Source: Octopus bimaculoides (lineage: Eukaryota). Taken from it: a stretch of 34,876 nt of DNA. A model generated the notes under the pieces. The model was not told the origin of the DNA. It searched no databases and was given only the letters and a program-made list of their open reading frames with translations. The translations under genes and the position numbers were made by a program. Position 1 is the stretch's first letter. Each line of letters begins with the position of its first letter. This document shows positions 1-11,951 of this stretch, one piece after another. The DNA lies in contig NC_068981.1 of NCBI RefSeq assembly GCF_001194135.2, forward strand, positions 170,670,856-170,705,731. Reading direction: 5' to 3'.

Positions 1-62
<62 letters not shown>

Positions 63-101
63 GTAGAAGAAGGGGAAGAAGAAGAAGAAGAAGAACAACA
101 A

Positions 102-140
<39 letters not shown>

Positions 141-240
141 TAATAATATTAATATTATTATTATCATCATCATCATCATCACCGTCATCATCATCATCAT
201 CATCATCATTATCATCATCATTATTATAATCTTCGCTGTT
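1..240. repeat. Compound microsatellite (AAT)n-(GAA)n-(CAA)n-(CAT)n
   Basis: Directly visible trinucleotide runs. Confidence 0.97.
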
Positions 241-1145
241 GTTTTGTTATAATGTTTAACATTATTACCGTTATTTTCATTGCGTTTGGCTTAAGAATGT
301 TCCCAACATGGCTGTTGTCCTTGGACAAGCAAAGGAAAGAACAATCAAACAAAACTATGTTGCTACACGAATCGTTGAAGATTTTAAATAACAGAAACCT
401 TTTTTATTTCTTTTTTGAAAAATAAAGAAAATAATCAAATATGTTATTTTTTCGTAGATGCACACATTTTGAAATGAGACATTATTTACGAAACATTGAT
501 TATTGTTAAATGTGAATCACTGAATTAGATTCTTCAAAATATATAATTTTAAGTTAGATTTATCTACAATTATACAATTAGATATTCGGGAAAAAATAAA
601 CAGTCGAAAATAATATGCGTATAAGGATTTTGAGGAGGAAGGCGAGGAGGAATAGGCGGTGATGATGGAAGTCGACGTTAATGATAGTGATAACATTGGA
701 AGGACGAAGAGGAGTGGGAGGGGAGGAGTATAAAATGCAGAGGTGTAGAACATTTATGCAACGAGAAATCTGTTATATAATATCCACACGATGGATTGAA
801 AACATCTTATCCAAAATAATAGAAAGTTTCTACAAATACAATTAATCGCAACAATACTTGAATAAAGTGAAATATCTTCTGGCATTGAAGATAACAGCAA
901 ACGGACAAAAAACTAGCGAATCAATTGGCAGATAATTATGGGTAAAAGTGGAGAGCAACAACCAAAATTGTGAACGGTATAAATCCAAAGTCAGATTGAT
1001 GTTACAAAAAGCTATGATAAGGCACGGAATCGAAAAGTCTTTCATGAATTTATCTGAAAGATATGACTAAAAGGAAAATAGGCAAAGAAAAGTTGTAATA
1101 CTACATGCGGATCGCAAGACTCAGAGTAGAGACAGAACAATTTCT

Positions 1146-1148
<3 letters not shown>

Positions 1149-1200
<52 letters not shown>
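1149..1200. repeat. (TA)n microsatellite
   Basis: Directly visible. Confidence 0.97.
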
Positions 1201-1204
<4 letters not shown>

Positions 1205-1439
1205 CATGCAGCGGCTCGGACACGAAGATTGCTTATTGGATGCAAACCCAGGTCTAGAAGGTTTTACAAACAAGGTTTTATTGTTTTTTAATGTATTTTT
1301 GTTCTTTGTTCTTAAAGCTAATTTTCACACATTGTTTTCTAAACTTGAGAAAAGTAAGGAGGCATGCTAATTTTGATATTGCACCAAGCAAAACTTTTAC
1401 GTAGTGCGCTTGCAACCCCTTCACCCCTTGTTCCCGGAA

Positions 1440-1590
1440 CTATGTTTGCATGCTTCCTAAGCACATGATTCCGAGTTCAGTGGCACTGCGTGTTAACTTG
1501 GGCAAGTGTCTTCTACAGTAGCCTCGGACCAATCAATGCCCATTAAGTAGATTTGGTTAATAGAAACTGAAAATAACCCTTCGTATATGT
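1440..1590 (+). mobile_element. Octopod tRNA-derived SINE, 5' head/core remnant
   Basis: Degenerate B-box 'ccgagttcagt', then 'ttgggcaagtgtcttcta..agcctcgg.cc..c.aatgcc...gatttgg...gaaactga', ending in a TA/GT run. Matches my recollection of an abundant octopus SINE; not database-verified. Confidence 0.7.
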
Positions 1591-2000
1591 ATATATATAT
1601 GTGTGTGTGTGTGTGTGTAAAATATATAGGTTAGCGAGTTTTTTTTTCAGAAATTTCACTATCAGCGGCCTTGCATGTATAAAAAAGTCAATAGATAACA
1701 TATTCTCAATATAAAATAGTGTATATTTAAATACAAGAGAAACTACCTTTAACAGGTAGTTTTACACGCTAGAAGAAGCAGTCAAAACGACCAAACACAC
1801 ATTTAAGACCAATTTTGAAGGGAATGAAAAATAATGTATATGTGTGTGTGGGGGGGGTGCATGTGAGTGTGTGTGTGTGTGTGTGTGCATGTACGTATGA
1901 ACATAAACGATAAAGTCATGAAAATTAATGAATTTTATCAGTGGCCAGCATATAAAAAGATAACCTTTGAGATAAAATCCATATATAAAAATGATAAATG

Positions 2001-2250
2001 AATGCGCCCTTTTAAAGCCTAGCCAGGCTCATGGCCCCGGTTTCCTGGTTTCAATGGCGTATGTGTTCCCCAGCTGGATGAGACGCCAGTCCATCGCAGC
2101 GTAAGTCATTTTTGCCAGCTGACTGGACTGGCGCAACATGAAATGAAGCGTTTTACTCAAGGACACAACGCGTCGCCCGGTCCAGGAATCGAAACCATAA
2201 TCTTACAATCATGATGTTGATACCCTAACCACTAAGTCACGTGCCTCCAC
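2001..2250 (-). mobile_element. tRNA-derived SINE with V/Meta-like central domain
   Basis: Reverse strand has A-box-like 'tgacttagtggtt', B-box 'gtttcgattcc', core 'tgtgtccttgag...gttgcgccagtccagtcagct' and 'gcgatggactggcgtctcatccag'. The head is shared with the copy at 15950-16301. Confidence 0.8.
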
Positions 2251-2623
2251 AAAAATCTCTATATATAGAGATATATAAATGTATAGAATACAATTATAAT
2301 TAAGGGCCTCAGAAGCTACCATGTCTATATGCGCGACGTAAACGCCAAATATGTCCATCCACTATAAGTTTTCACTTCATAATACACAGGTGGAAAGCGG
2401 GAAAAATGAACCTACAAAAATTTCATAAAATAATTCCAATAGTTCTGGATTGATCAATTTCTGGATTAGTTTAATAACTTTTCCTTCACTAGCAGAACAT
2501 ACTATGCAAAATAACACTTGCATATACATATATTTAATTATATATATATATAGATATAAAGATATATATACATACGCACACATATACACAGACATACATA
2601 TATATATAAATATATGCATATAT

Positions 2624-3190
2624 CAATGCACTATAGAACAAAAAAATGGACTATATACCTGTTGTAATTTGGTTATCTATATTCTGATGATAAGGAATTG
2701 TAATTCCGAAATATCATCGGACTATAGATACATTTCTTTTATTAACCACACAGGGCTCAACAAAGATGGGACGAATACAATGTAGAGCTTTTCGTTTTAG
2801 GAGGGGGAAGGAAGAGAGAAAAAAAACAAAAACAGGTAGAGGTGGCTGTCGATCAAAAGGGATCGTAGGAAGGAAAAAGGGGGGAGTTCGATCAAAAGGG
2901 ACCGAGAGAAAAAAAAAGCGATCAATAGGGATCGTGTATCACAGTAATGTTCTCGTGTAAAAAGAGGGGAGGACAGTTTAGGTTTAGCCGTGGAAAGAAA
3001 AGCCTACGGAAAAGACCACGGTAACCTTGGTCAATATTGTCATTGCAGAAACTATAACAGTAAGTGATTCTCTTTTGCCTTTTTGTTTTTTGTCTGGATA
3101 TTTTTTTACTCCTTTATAGTGTTATGCTCGGACTATAGATAACCAAATTACAACAGGTATATAGTCCATTTTTTGTTCTATAGTGCATTG
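2624..3190. repeat. Long palindromic (fold-back/MITE-like) element interrupted by an insertion
   Basis: 2624-2681 is the reverse complement of 3134-3190 apart from one indel. Removing 2731-3141 restores a 156-bp palindrome. Confidence 0.85.
2731..3127 (-). mobile_element. Inserted ~400-bp retroposon-like fragment (probable LINE 3' UTR) with 14-bp TSD
   Basis: Flanked by the exact direct repeat TCGGACTATAGATA at 2717-2730 and 3128-3141. Pyrimidine-rich on the minus strand, ending 'ggttaataaaagaaat'. The LINE origin is inference. Confidence 0.65.
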
Positions 3191-3445
3191 TTATAGCATT
3201 CTAAACTTTTTATTCTTTACAAACAATACACAATGCTTCAAGCGAACTACAATACTCTCTTATATGCATATATGTGTATATTTACANNNNNNNNNNNNNN
3301 NNNNNNNNNNNNNNNNNNNNNNNNNNNNNNNNNNNNNNNNNNNNNNNNNNNNNNNNNNNNNNNNNNNNNNNNNNNNNNNNNNNNNNNNNNNNNNNNNNNN
3401 NNNNNNNNNNNNNNNNNNNNNNTGCTATGTTCGCATTCTGAAACG

Positions 3446-3521
3446 TTACTACTACTACTACTACTACTACTACTATTACTACTACAAATAATAATAATAA
3501 TAATAACAACAATAATAAGTA

Positions 3522-3570
<49 letters not shown>
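3446..3570. repeat. (TAC)n/(AAT)n microsatellite
   Basis: Directly visible. Confidence 0.95.
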
Positions 3571-3571
<1 letters not shown>

Positions 3572-4686
3572 CACTGCATTTATGTTGTCATAGACGAAGC
3601 AGAAGACAGGCGACAAAACGTTTTGACGCTTCATATTTAACGATGCCATTAAGGAATATATGAAAGTGTATATTACAGAATTTATGAGTGTTTTAAATAC
3701 CTAAAATCTCTCATCCTTAATTTACAAAATAAACAACAGAATGTGTAATATTCATGAAACAAAATGATGTCTCAATTTTTCTTTTATTTTTACTCTTGGG
3801 AAAAAGAATGCATTCACTCGTATAAATCTCAATTATTATACTAAATCTTACGATATATTGAAATTGTTGTAAAAACAGCCAAATAATATTGTCATAATTG
3901 GGTCGTTTTAAAAATTTAGTTTCTAAACAAGATTAAGCATAGAGATATTTTTTTTATTATCTTATTTAACGAAGACTGTGTTTTAGCAAGTTGCACTCAC
4001 TATCATTAAATTTTATCAGATGGAATTCCATTCAGAAGTGACGTACAGACTTATAATACGTATCAATAAGCCTCCCTAGTGGGTAATTTAACACCTTCAT
4101 GAGTTTTCCATTATTTTCTAACGACTAACATCGATACCTTTTCTGAAACTCTAGTAGATCGATCTAGTGGAATCTGGCAAAGATTAGAGATATAAATTGG
4201 TTTGTCCATGAGATGTAACGTAATTATATAAGAGAACTGTCCAATGGTCAAAAATATTATCAAGAGCTTGGATTTAAGTTATAAGTTTTACAGACGCTAT
4301 TTCATACATAGTTAATGTCCCTACAACTTTTCAAAGTTATATGAACTAAAATATTTTTTCAACTGTGTATACAATGGGCATCCACATTCTGAATTCTGAT
4401 ACCAGAGTTGTTCTATGCCTTTGTCTTTTATGTATTCTCCGAGGAATTTCAGTATGTCTATAATAAATGCTAAATCTTGGCAATATAAATATTAGATACA
4501 TCAAATGCTGGACATCACGCACAGACGCTAACCTTCCCTTTTTAACTTTTATCTCTCACTTCTTTCAGTTATTGCACTGCACACACACGTACACGTACAG
4601 TCACACACACCACACCCACACCCACACTTCCATACACGCACACACGCACGCACACACATACACACAGACACATACACACATATAAA

Positions 4687-4817
4687 TACGAAAGGATGCT
4701 GAAAAGTTCCTGGCTTTAAGGGTATCGTGAAAAGCCTGGTTGAAGACCCAACCTTCCGTGTTCTTTTACACGGCTTTGATAAACTGAAGGACCGCTGCAA
4801 TAAGCGTGTGAATCTCA
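4687..4817 (+). mobile_element. Mariner internal-deletion derivative (left TIR-like end fused to transposase C-terminus)
   Basis: Begins 'tacgaaaggatgctgaaaagttcctgg', a mariner-type terminus. About 4765-4815 translates LHGFDKLKDRCNKRVNL, resembling the mariner C-terminal GxxKLxxRWxKCVxxxGxY motif. Confidence 0.6.
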
Positions 4818-4820
4818 TTC

Positions 4821-5098
4821 TGTCCCTTAGTGGCTGCCAATATGTGCCTCCATGATAACGGGCATAAGTACTGGGGGAACATCATAGCCATGTGTTGAGA
4901 AGAATTCTTTGAGGTTTGGATAATTCACATTTGGGAACATGGGTGTCTTGTTCAATATCCTTAAACAACCCTAATTCAGGGACCTTTTGGGCGGGATCGG
5001 CTACTCGACCTGAAGGAAATTCTAACTGGGCCCCACCTGCAAGGTCAGGCACTGTTTATGTTGATATGAGATGACTATGTCGCGGATAGACTATATGG
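4821..5098 (+). repeat. Unclassified interspersed repeat, copy 1 (family also at 25055-25376)
   Basis: 4821-4984 aligns by eye with 25214-25376 at roughly 75-80% identity. Confidence 0.85.
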
Positions 5099-5529
5099 AC
5101 GTTGATGTGACATTTAACCATTTCAGATAGACACAACGAATTTTTGGCATTTCACTTTCACCTACATGGTAGCAAATAATACCCGTATTAGTTAAAACTT
5201 TATGTAGTAGATAAATGAATGTGAAACCACTGCTATGCTGCACTCCATTTACTGGAACCAGCAATAGCATGCTTCATATTATATACAACTGCAAAATCCT
5301 AATAAGCACTGGATTATTTACTTCTCTATAAAACAAAACAATCGTACCGTAACAAAATCCATAGACAACTATGAACGTTTCAACGTAGAATATTATAAAA
5401 TAATAATTTCTATACCCATACGTAAAAAGTAGGAAAAACATAGTTTAAGGCGGTGTTCTCGATATATAAAGCATAGCGGGAATATTTATTAAAATGATGT
5501 CTCTCGTACCATTATGTTATATTCATATG

Positions 5530-5532
<3 letters not shown>

Positions 5533-5608
<76 letters not shown>

Positions 5609-5702
5609 AGATAGAGAGAGAGAAAGAGAGATATATAGATATAAATATAGATATGTGCGTGTGTGTATATACACACAAAAGCAAAGACACATAAACATAT
5701 AT

Positions 5703-5741
<39 letters not shown>
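5533..5741. repeat. (TA)n, (GA)n, (TG)n microsatellite cluster
   Basis: Directly visible. Confidence 0.95.
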
Positions 5742-5743
<2 letters not shown>

Positions 5744-8700
5744 CAAATGTTTCAAAATCTGCTGTAGTTATTCAATCACAAGCTTCAGTAAACATTCAAA
5801 CAATAATTTATTGATAGTCTTTGTTTTTATTATTTCGGTTATTTGTAGCAATGAGAATAGAGATTGGTTTGTTGTTGGTGTAAGTTCCCATTTTAACGTG
5901 TTCTCCTTTATATTACGATGTTTCTATGGACACTGTTGAAATTAATAACAATCAATTAAAAAGTATGTATTTATGCCCTAGGTTTCAAAATATATCCAGA
6001 TATATGCAGTATTATATTATAAATCTAGTCAAGTATTTCATTGTGTTCTTTTGATTTCAATAATCGACAAACAAATTCTCCTTAGAAATATATTTTCAAT
6101 AATCTGCTGAAAGTTAATAACCTCAACTATATGTTTTCATGAAGTCATTCGTCAGCAGTCTTTTCTCTTATTCAAACATTCGTTGATGTGCCTTCAGTGA
6201 AAAATGATTACGTCCATGATTATTCCATTTAACTTATTATTACATAGCTAATAAGGAATATACTGCACATACACAAATAGTACGAATGTGATTGAGGAGG
6301 AAACAAGAGCGCGAGTGAAATTGAGGCTTTCGCTGTAAAAGTTATTTCACTTTTGCAGTACAACACAATAAAGTTGAATTAGCTTTCAAGTGATATCGAA
6401 ACAATGACTTAGCCTTGTCTATCTTTGAGCTGGTATACATTTTATGATGTTAAATACATATCTATAAAGGCCATAGATATTTTCTGCAATATTATCCAAT
6501 CTTCATACTCTAGTGAGATCATCTTCAAAAATGTCGGTGCTTCTTTTTTTTCAATACGAGTTGTTAAACATTTTAGAAGTTATATTTCAATAATTAATTA
6601 GCTTCCATTCGACCTATTAGCTAATTTTATTTTTTAATTCTATAACATAGCGTTGGGATTTGCGAGGATGGCTACAAATAGAGTTAGTGTTAAAATATTC
6701 ATATTGCTAACAATATATAGAGACTAATTAATCGAGATAATTATGGTTTTCTGTTAGTGGATGTATACCATTTTTTTTTCTGATAACTTCGAAAAGTTTC
6801 AACCATATGTCAGTTTCACATGACATGAACATTGAAACATCATTTCTAAAATATAAACAAACATCACAAACAAAAATGTTTCCTATTAGTTTTAACCTAA
6901 TTTTATGTACAATATTTTTATAGCAAATCAACAAAATGTCTGCAGTTATTAAGAGATATAGATTCGCATATACCGTATTTATTATCATAAGATAATAAAT
7001 TAGCTATCGCTGACTATAAAATGCTTACTTTCAGACGAGTTATAGTCATTATTTTAAACAGTGCAGATTTAATGCTACAGCTTCGAGCATACAACACATA
7101 TTATGACATGATGCAGTCACGTTTCGAAATCAGAATTATTTAAATAAAATCGTCTTCTAAATTATTCAAATATATGTGTATAAATGAGAAATATAATAAA
7201 GAGTGAGTAACTTGTTTTAGAGACAGGCAAAAACAATGGCTTTCTTTAATCTGAAAAAATATAAATTATAAGGAAATGGTTTTCACTGTTTTTCGATGAC
7301 GTTCTTAGCTTTACCAGGAATGTTCAAAGATAATTTAAATGAATCTCTGCAAATACTAATTTCTCAGCATATATTCATTTTGATGCACGGATTCGATTAT
7401 AGGCCAAACAGTTTTAAAATTGACAATAACTTTATATTTCAGAATTAAAATATTTTTACTGTACTTAGAGATCCCTATATGTAGAAAGAATACTTGTTTT
7501 AGATGCACCGAACTTCGAGAGTACGTTCCGTATATCGGATATTCGTAGTTTCATGGAGTGAGAACGAGACAAAAGCACATCATTGTTAATTCATTAAGAT
7601 TGAATGGTTACCAATTTATATTAACAAAATTACGTTTTATTGTTGTGTTTGGCGTAACTATGCTGTTGTAGTATATTCTGTATTGACTCAAGTTTCTCTT
7701 GTGTGACTGATATTATCAGTATAACAATAACTGTATTGAAGTTTTATAAAAATATTATTGTACCGATTTGAAGTAGAAAAAATATTTTTGTAAGGAGCAA
7801 GGAATGATGTTGCTATATTACAAGTTTCGTTTAAACCAAATAACGATTCTAGGAAACTATTTTCTTTATTTCGTTATTTTTTAAATATAGGACGTATTTT
7901 TCTGAGTGTTCTCCAGATATATTACAGATATAGCAGTTTATATTACTAAATAAATTGTTCAAGACTATTGTAGGAAGTCAGGATACTTCTTTATGTGAAA
8001 TAGCTCCTTCTCTACTTCTGATAATATTCATATATTCCAGTGTTTAACTCTAAAACGTTATCATTTGTATCTATTGCAATCGTCTGGCTAAATTGAGTAA
8101 GTATTGGATGAAAATCTTGTCTAAATCACATCACCAGGTGATTAACAGGTCATAATATCTATGAAGCCAATTTTCTGCGGAATGAAATTGTCTTCAGAAG
8201 AAAGCAACTCTCAAATGCGTAAGCTTGAGTGAATACACACACCAACGCCGTCATAAAATGTGCTACAAATTATTCGTTACTATTGGACTCTACCCAATAA
8301 ATAACTTAACTTATTCGGGGTAACTACATAGGACTTAACGAAAAAAATTGTTTTGTAAGGAGGAGCAAACTTCTGACCCATCAAAGCGAAAAAGTTTACA
8401 CTTATTCGTGTAATCTCTATTGTGAAACATCATTACTAATGTAGTTTATTTTCTGAAAGTTGAATTGGGAATCTAAATGACATGTTTTACTAATTGAAAA
8501 TATATTTGCTAAAAGTACAGATTTTTTTTGCGATTGTGCTTTTCATTTCTTGTATATATCATCTATAGTCGAAGATAATTTTAATACGTCAAAATCTTTT
8601 GTCCCAAGATATTCATCATAGCAGTATTTTTTATACATCTGTATCTATGTCAATCTCTCTCTCGCTCTCTCTTTCCTTCTCTTTCCTATTCATTTATCTA

Positions 8701-9003
8701 TATATCTATCTCGCTAGTTAGCTTTCTCTCTCCCGCCCTCTCTCTCTCACCCCCCTTCTCTATCACCCTCTCTCCTACTGTCTCTCTCTCTCTCTCTCTG
8801 CATATATACATATATATATATATATATACCTATATCCATCATAGGATTCGTTGCACGCTAGAAAGGACAGCTAAATTTCAAACCACTATTAGGGATAAAA
8901 CTTCGAAGAGAATGAAGAATAAAAACGTTTACTATCTTCTGGATCATGATTTCAAACTTATTTTAGCAAATAAAATAATTTGCGAGGCGAAGTCTTCTTC
9001 AGC

Positions 9004-9111
9004 AGGTACACCTAGATACGCATATATGCACGAGGCAATCCAGTATATTCCCCGTGCTTATCCATTCTAATTTTTCAATTTTCGTGCATATATCTTTATC
9101 TAGGTGTACCT
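9004..9111. repeat. Short MITE-like inverted-repeat element (30-bp arms)
   Basis: 9004-9033 AGGTACACCTAGATAcgcATATATGCACGA versus the reverse complement of 9082-9111, AGGTACACCTAGATAaagATATATGCACGA (27/30). Confidence 0.75.
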
Positions 9112-9112
9112 C

Positions 9113-9609
9113 GCAGTCAACTATCGCCCAATCTCACACACTTCCCATGTCATTAAAGTGTTTGAAAGAGTGGTAAGATCATGGATAGCTGGCTTCCTGG
9201 AGATCCACACACTCCTAAATTCCAACCAGTATGGCTTTCGCTGTGGCAGCGACTGCCTTACATAACTCTGACACTACATCGATGATATACTTAAATCATT
9301 GGGAACTGGTTCGAACTCTGATGTCATATGTCTTGACTTCAGTAAAGTGTTCGACAGAGTTGACCATAATATCTTACTCACAATATTGGCAAATGCTAGA
9401 ATCTGTGGAAAACTTCTACACTGGATTGAGTATTGCCTGACGAACAGAACGCAACATGTTGTGGTCGATGGAGTTCACTCAAGCCGAGCAAAAGTCACAA
9501 GTGGTGTCCCTCAGGGGACTGTCTTGGGCCTGCTCCTCTTTATAATCTATAGAAACCACCTTTCTAGCGTCGTAAAACACAGCAAAGTGAAAATATTTGC
9601 TGATGACAC
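9113..9609 (+). mobile_element. CR1/L2/Jockey-group LINE reverse transcriptase fragment (pseudogenised)
   Basis: One frame with two stops: NYRPIS..VIKVFER..NQYGFR..CLDFSKVFDRVDH..SGVPQGTVLG.LLF..KIFADDT. Confidence 0.93.
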
Positions 9610-9629
9610 TACTAGCATTACATAATAGC

Positions 9630-10143
9630 CACAGACTCAATATAGAAACCTACATCAAGTGCCTGTAGGAGGTAGTGCTGCAATGGGTCCAGAAGGGGGC
9701 TGCTGGGAGACACTGTGTCTGGCAACAGGCATCTGCGCCATACCACACAAGCAGGAGAACCCTATCATGGCTGTTAGATCATTTCTGCGAACACATCTGG
9801 TCACCTAACTCCCCAGACCGCAAGCCCCTTGGTTATTATATGTGGGGCGGAGTTGAGCGAGAGACCAACAACACTCCTTGTAACACCAAAGATTAACTAA
9901 AGCAAGGGTTATGGCAGAATTCACCACCTTAAGCAAGAAGATGGTCCAGAAGAGATGCAGGAGATTTCGAAGTCATCTGGAGGCTGTGGTTAAAGTGAAT
10001 GTCGATTTTATTGAATAAATTCATTCTTTAACATTTCAAGGTATCTTTATACAATTTTGGTAACTATATCTCTTAAAATGAGATGTCAGTGTTATTTTCA
10101 TTTATGCGTAATTTAGACGACAGTTTATTCACCGTACGCTGTA
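9630..10143 (+). mobile_element. Tc1/mariner (maT/DD37D-like) transposon 3' part with right terminus
   Basis: YIKCL*EVVL.WV..VWQQASAPYHTSRRT..WSPNSPDRKPLGYYMWG..LEAVV. Both Asp positions are mutated and the spacer is 33 aa here, which fits DD37D only with a 4-codon deletion (inference). Ends 'ttattcaccgtacgctgTA'. Confidence 0.85.
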
Positions 10144-10149
10144 TATCTA

Positions 10150-10422
10150 TGTATGTGTGTATACGTATACATGCATATGTATACATATATATATATATAT
10201 ATANNNNNNNNNNNNNNNNNNNNNNNNNNNNNNNNNNNNNNNNNNNNNNNNNNNNNNNNNNNNNNNNNNNNNNNNNNNNNNNNNNNNNNNNNNNNNNNNN
10301 NNNNNNNNNNNNNNNNNNNNNNNNNNNNNNNNNNNNNNNNNNNNNNNNNNNNNNNNNNNNNNNNNNNNATGTATATACATATATCTATATATGCTTCTCT
10401 GTGTGTGTATGTGTGTGTGCGT

Positions 10423-10473
<51 letters not shown>
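10150..10473. repeat. (TA)n/(TG)n microsatellites flanking a gap
   Basis: Directly visible. Confidence 0.95.
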
Positions 10474-10474
<1 letters not shown>

Positions 10475-11756
10475 ACGCGCTTAAATATATGTATTTACTA
10501 GTGGAATTTGGAAATCACTTTCACCATTTCCTCCTGAAAATATGTCTACTTATAGGAATTGAATGCTTTTCAGATAATGTTTGATGGTCTTTATGAATGA
10601 TTATATGAGTATACTTTAAGCACACGCACCCACAGACGCGCGTACAAACACACACATATATGTATGTAAGAGGGTTGCATGCGTACACTTATATGTATAT
10701 ACGTATGTAATATATGTATGGATACATACACATATACGCAAACACACAAAACATACACATATATTTTGTTTGTGAGATTTAGTTGTGTGCTCGTCGCGTG
10801 ATCAATCTGTGTTGGTCTGTTATGTTGAGAAATATGAGTGTTGCAACTGGTTCCCTTCAAATATGCATTATCAGTATAAACTATTCAGAAATCATATCCG
10901 ATGGCCATTATATATTTAGTACTTTAATGCATCATTGATTTTCTTGCTCTCTAGCAAATATTTACTGCATATTTCCTCTCAATTTTTGTATGAAATCTTT
11001 AGAAAATAGATCAGATTTAGATGTGTCTAAAAAAAATTTTCTCTTTACGCCTGTCGCGTTTAATGGTGTATCTTAGATTATATCTTGTCTTAAAATATGG
11101 AATTCACGTGACAGTATATAAATTGCTTGAAATCTTTGTGCCTCTGATATTAACCTACAAAAACATTGAATAGATTGAGTAACCAAGAAGCCACAATTAT
11201 ATTTCTGATTTTATATTTCAGAATGTGGGTTATGACGAATGTACAAAATTAGTTAGAATAAGATGAACACATTAAAAATGAGACGAAAACATACAAGAAC
11301 AATGCAAATAACTTTTACTTTGGATTTATTTAATGCTTTCATCTTTTGCTTAATGTCCGTAATATTACCATCTTAAATAGGTAGAAAGCCAGAAGATTCC
11401 TAGGACGGAGAAACAGCTAGTCAGTTAAACTATCCAGAATCTGGGTCCATACATTATTTAATTGATCTCAGAAGAATATAAGGTAAAGTTGATCTTTATG
11501 GCATTGAGCATAATGTGCTGATCTATTATTTCAAGGTACTTCATCCGATACTCTAAAGTTTCTGCATTTTAAAGCAATAGTAATTTAGACATTACGCCAA
11601 GTCTTTTGAATGGGGTTCTCGTGGATTCCATCAACTCCATTTCTAGATTGGTGCTGTTGATAACGATAATACTAATAATATGAAAATATGTAGCATAGAT
11701 CGCGTTATATGTCTTGTGAATTAAGGTTTATTGGGTATCAATTTAAACTCGTACCT

Positions 11757-11790
11757 AAGGCAGTAACCTGGCAGAATTGTTACCGCAGTA
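11757..11790 (+). mobile_element. Short remnant of a Nin-type SINE head
   Basis: 'aaggcagtaacctggcagaattgtta' resembles the recalled head 'aaggcggtgagctggcagaatcgtta'. Very short. Confidence 0.35.
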
Positions 11791-11951
11791 GAGAAAAGTA
11801 TTTTCATTATCTGCGCGTTACACGGTTGCGCGGGAGAAAGTTACATAAACTAAGACACACACACATACATTAACACATATCTGAAACCTATCTCTGACCC
11901 TGTGTGCATCAGTCGTCACCAAAATGTTTGTATACTGAAAGACACAAACAC

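Noticed and set aside
7503-7557. Exon-like segment ttttag|...|gtgaga (DAPNFESTFRISDIRSFME in one frame)
   Set aside because: Such site pairs are common by chance, the peptide is unrecognised and there are no supporting neighbouring exons.
8041-8096. Segment bounded by ttccag and a perfect GTAAGT donor
   Set aside because: All three frames contain stops. It cannot be supported as an exon without RNA data.
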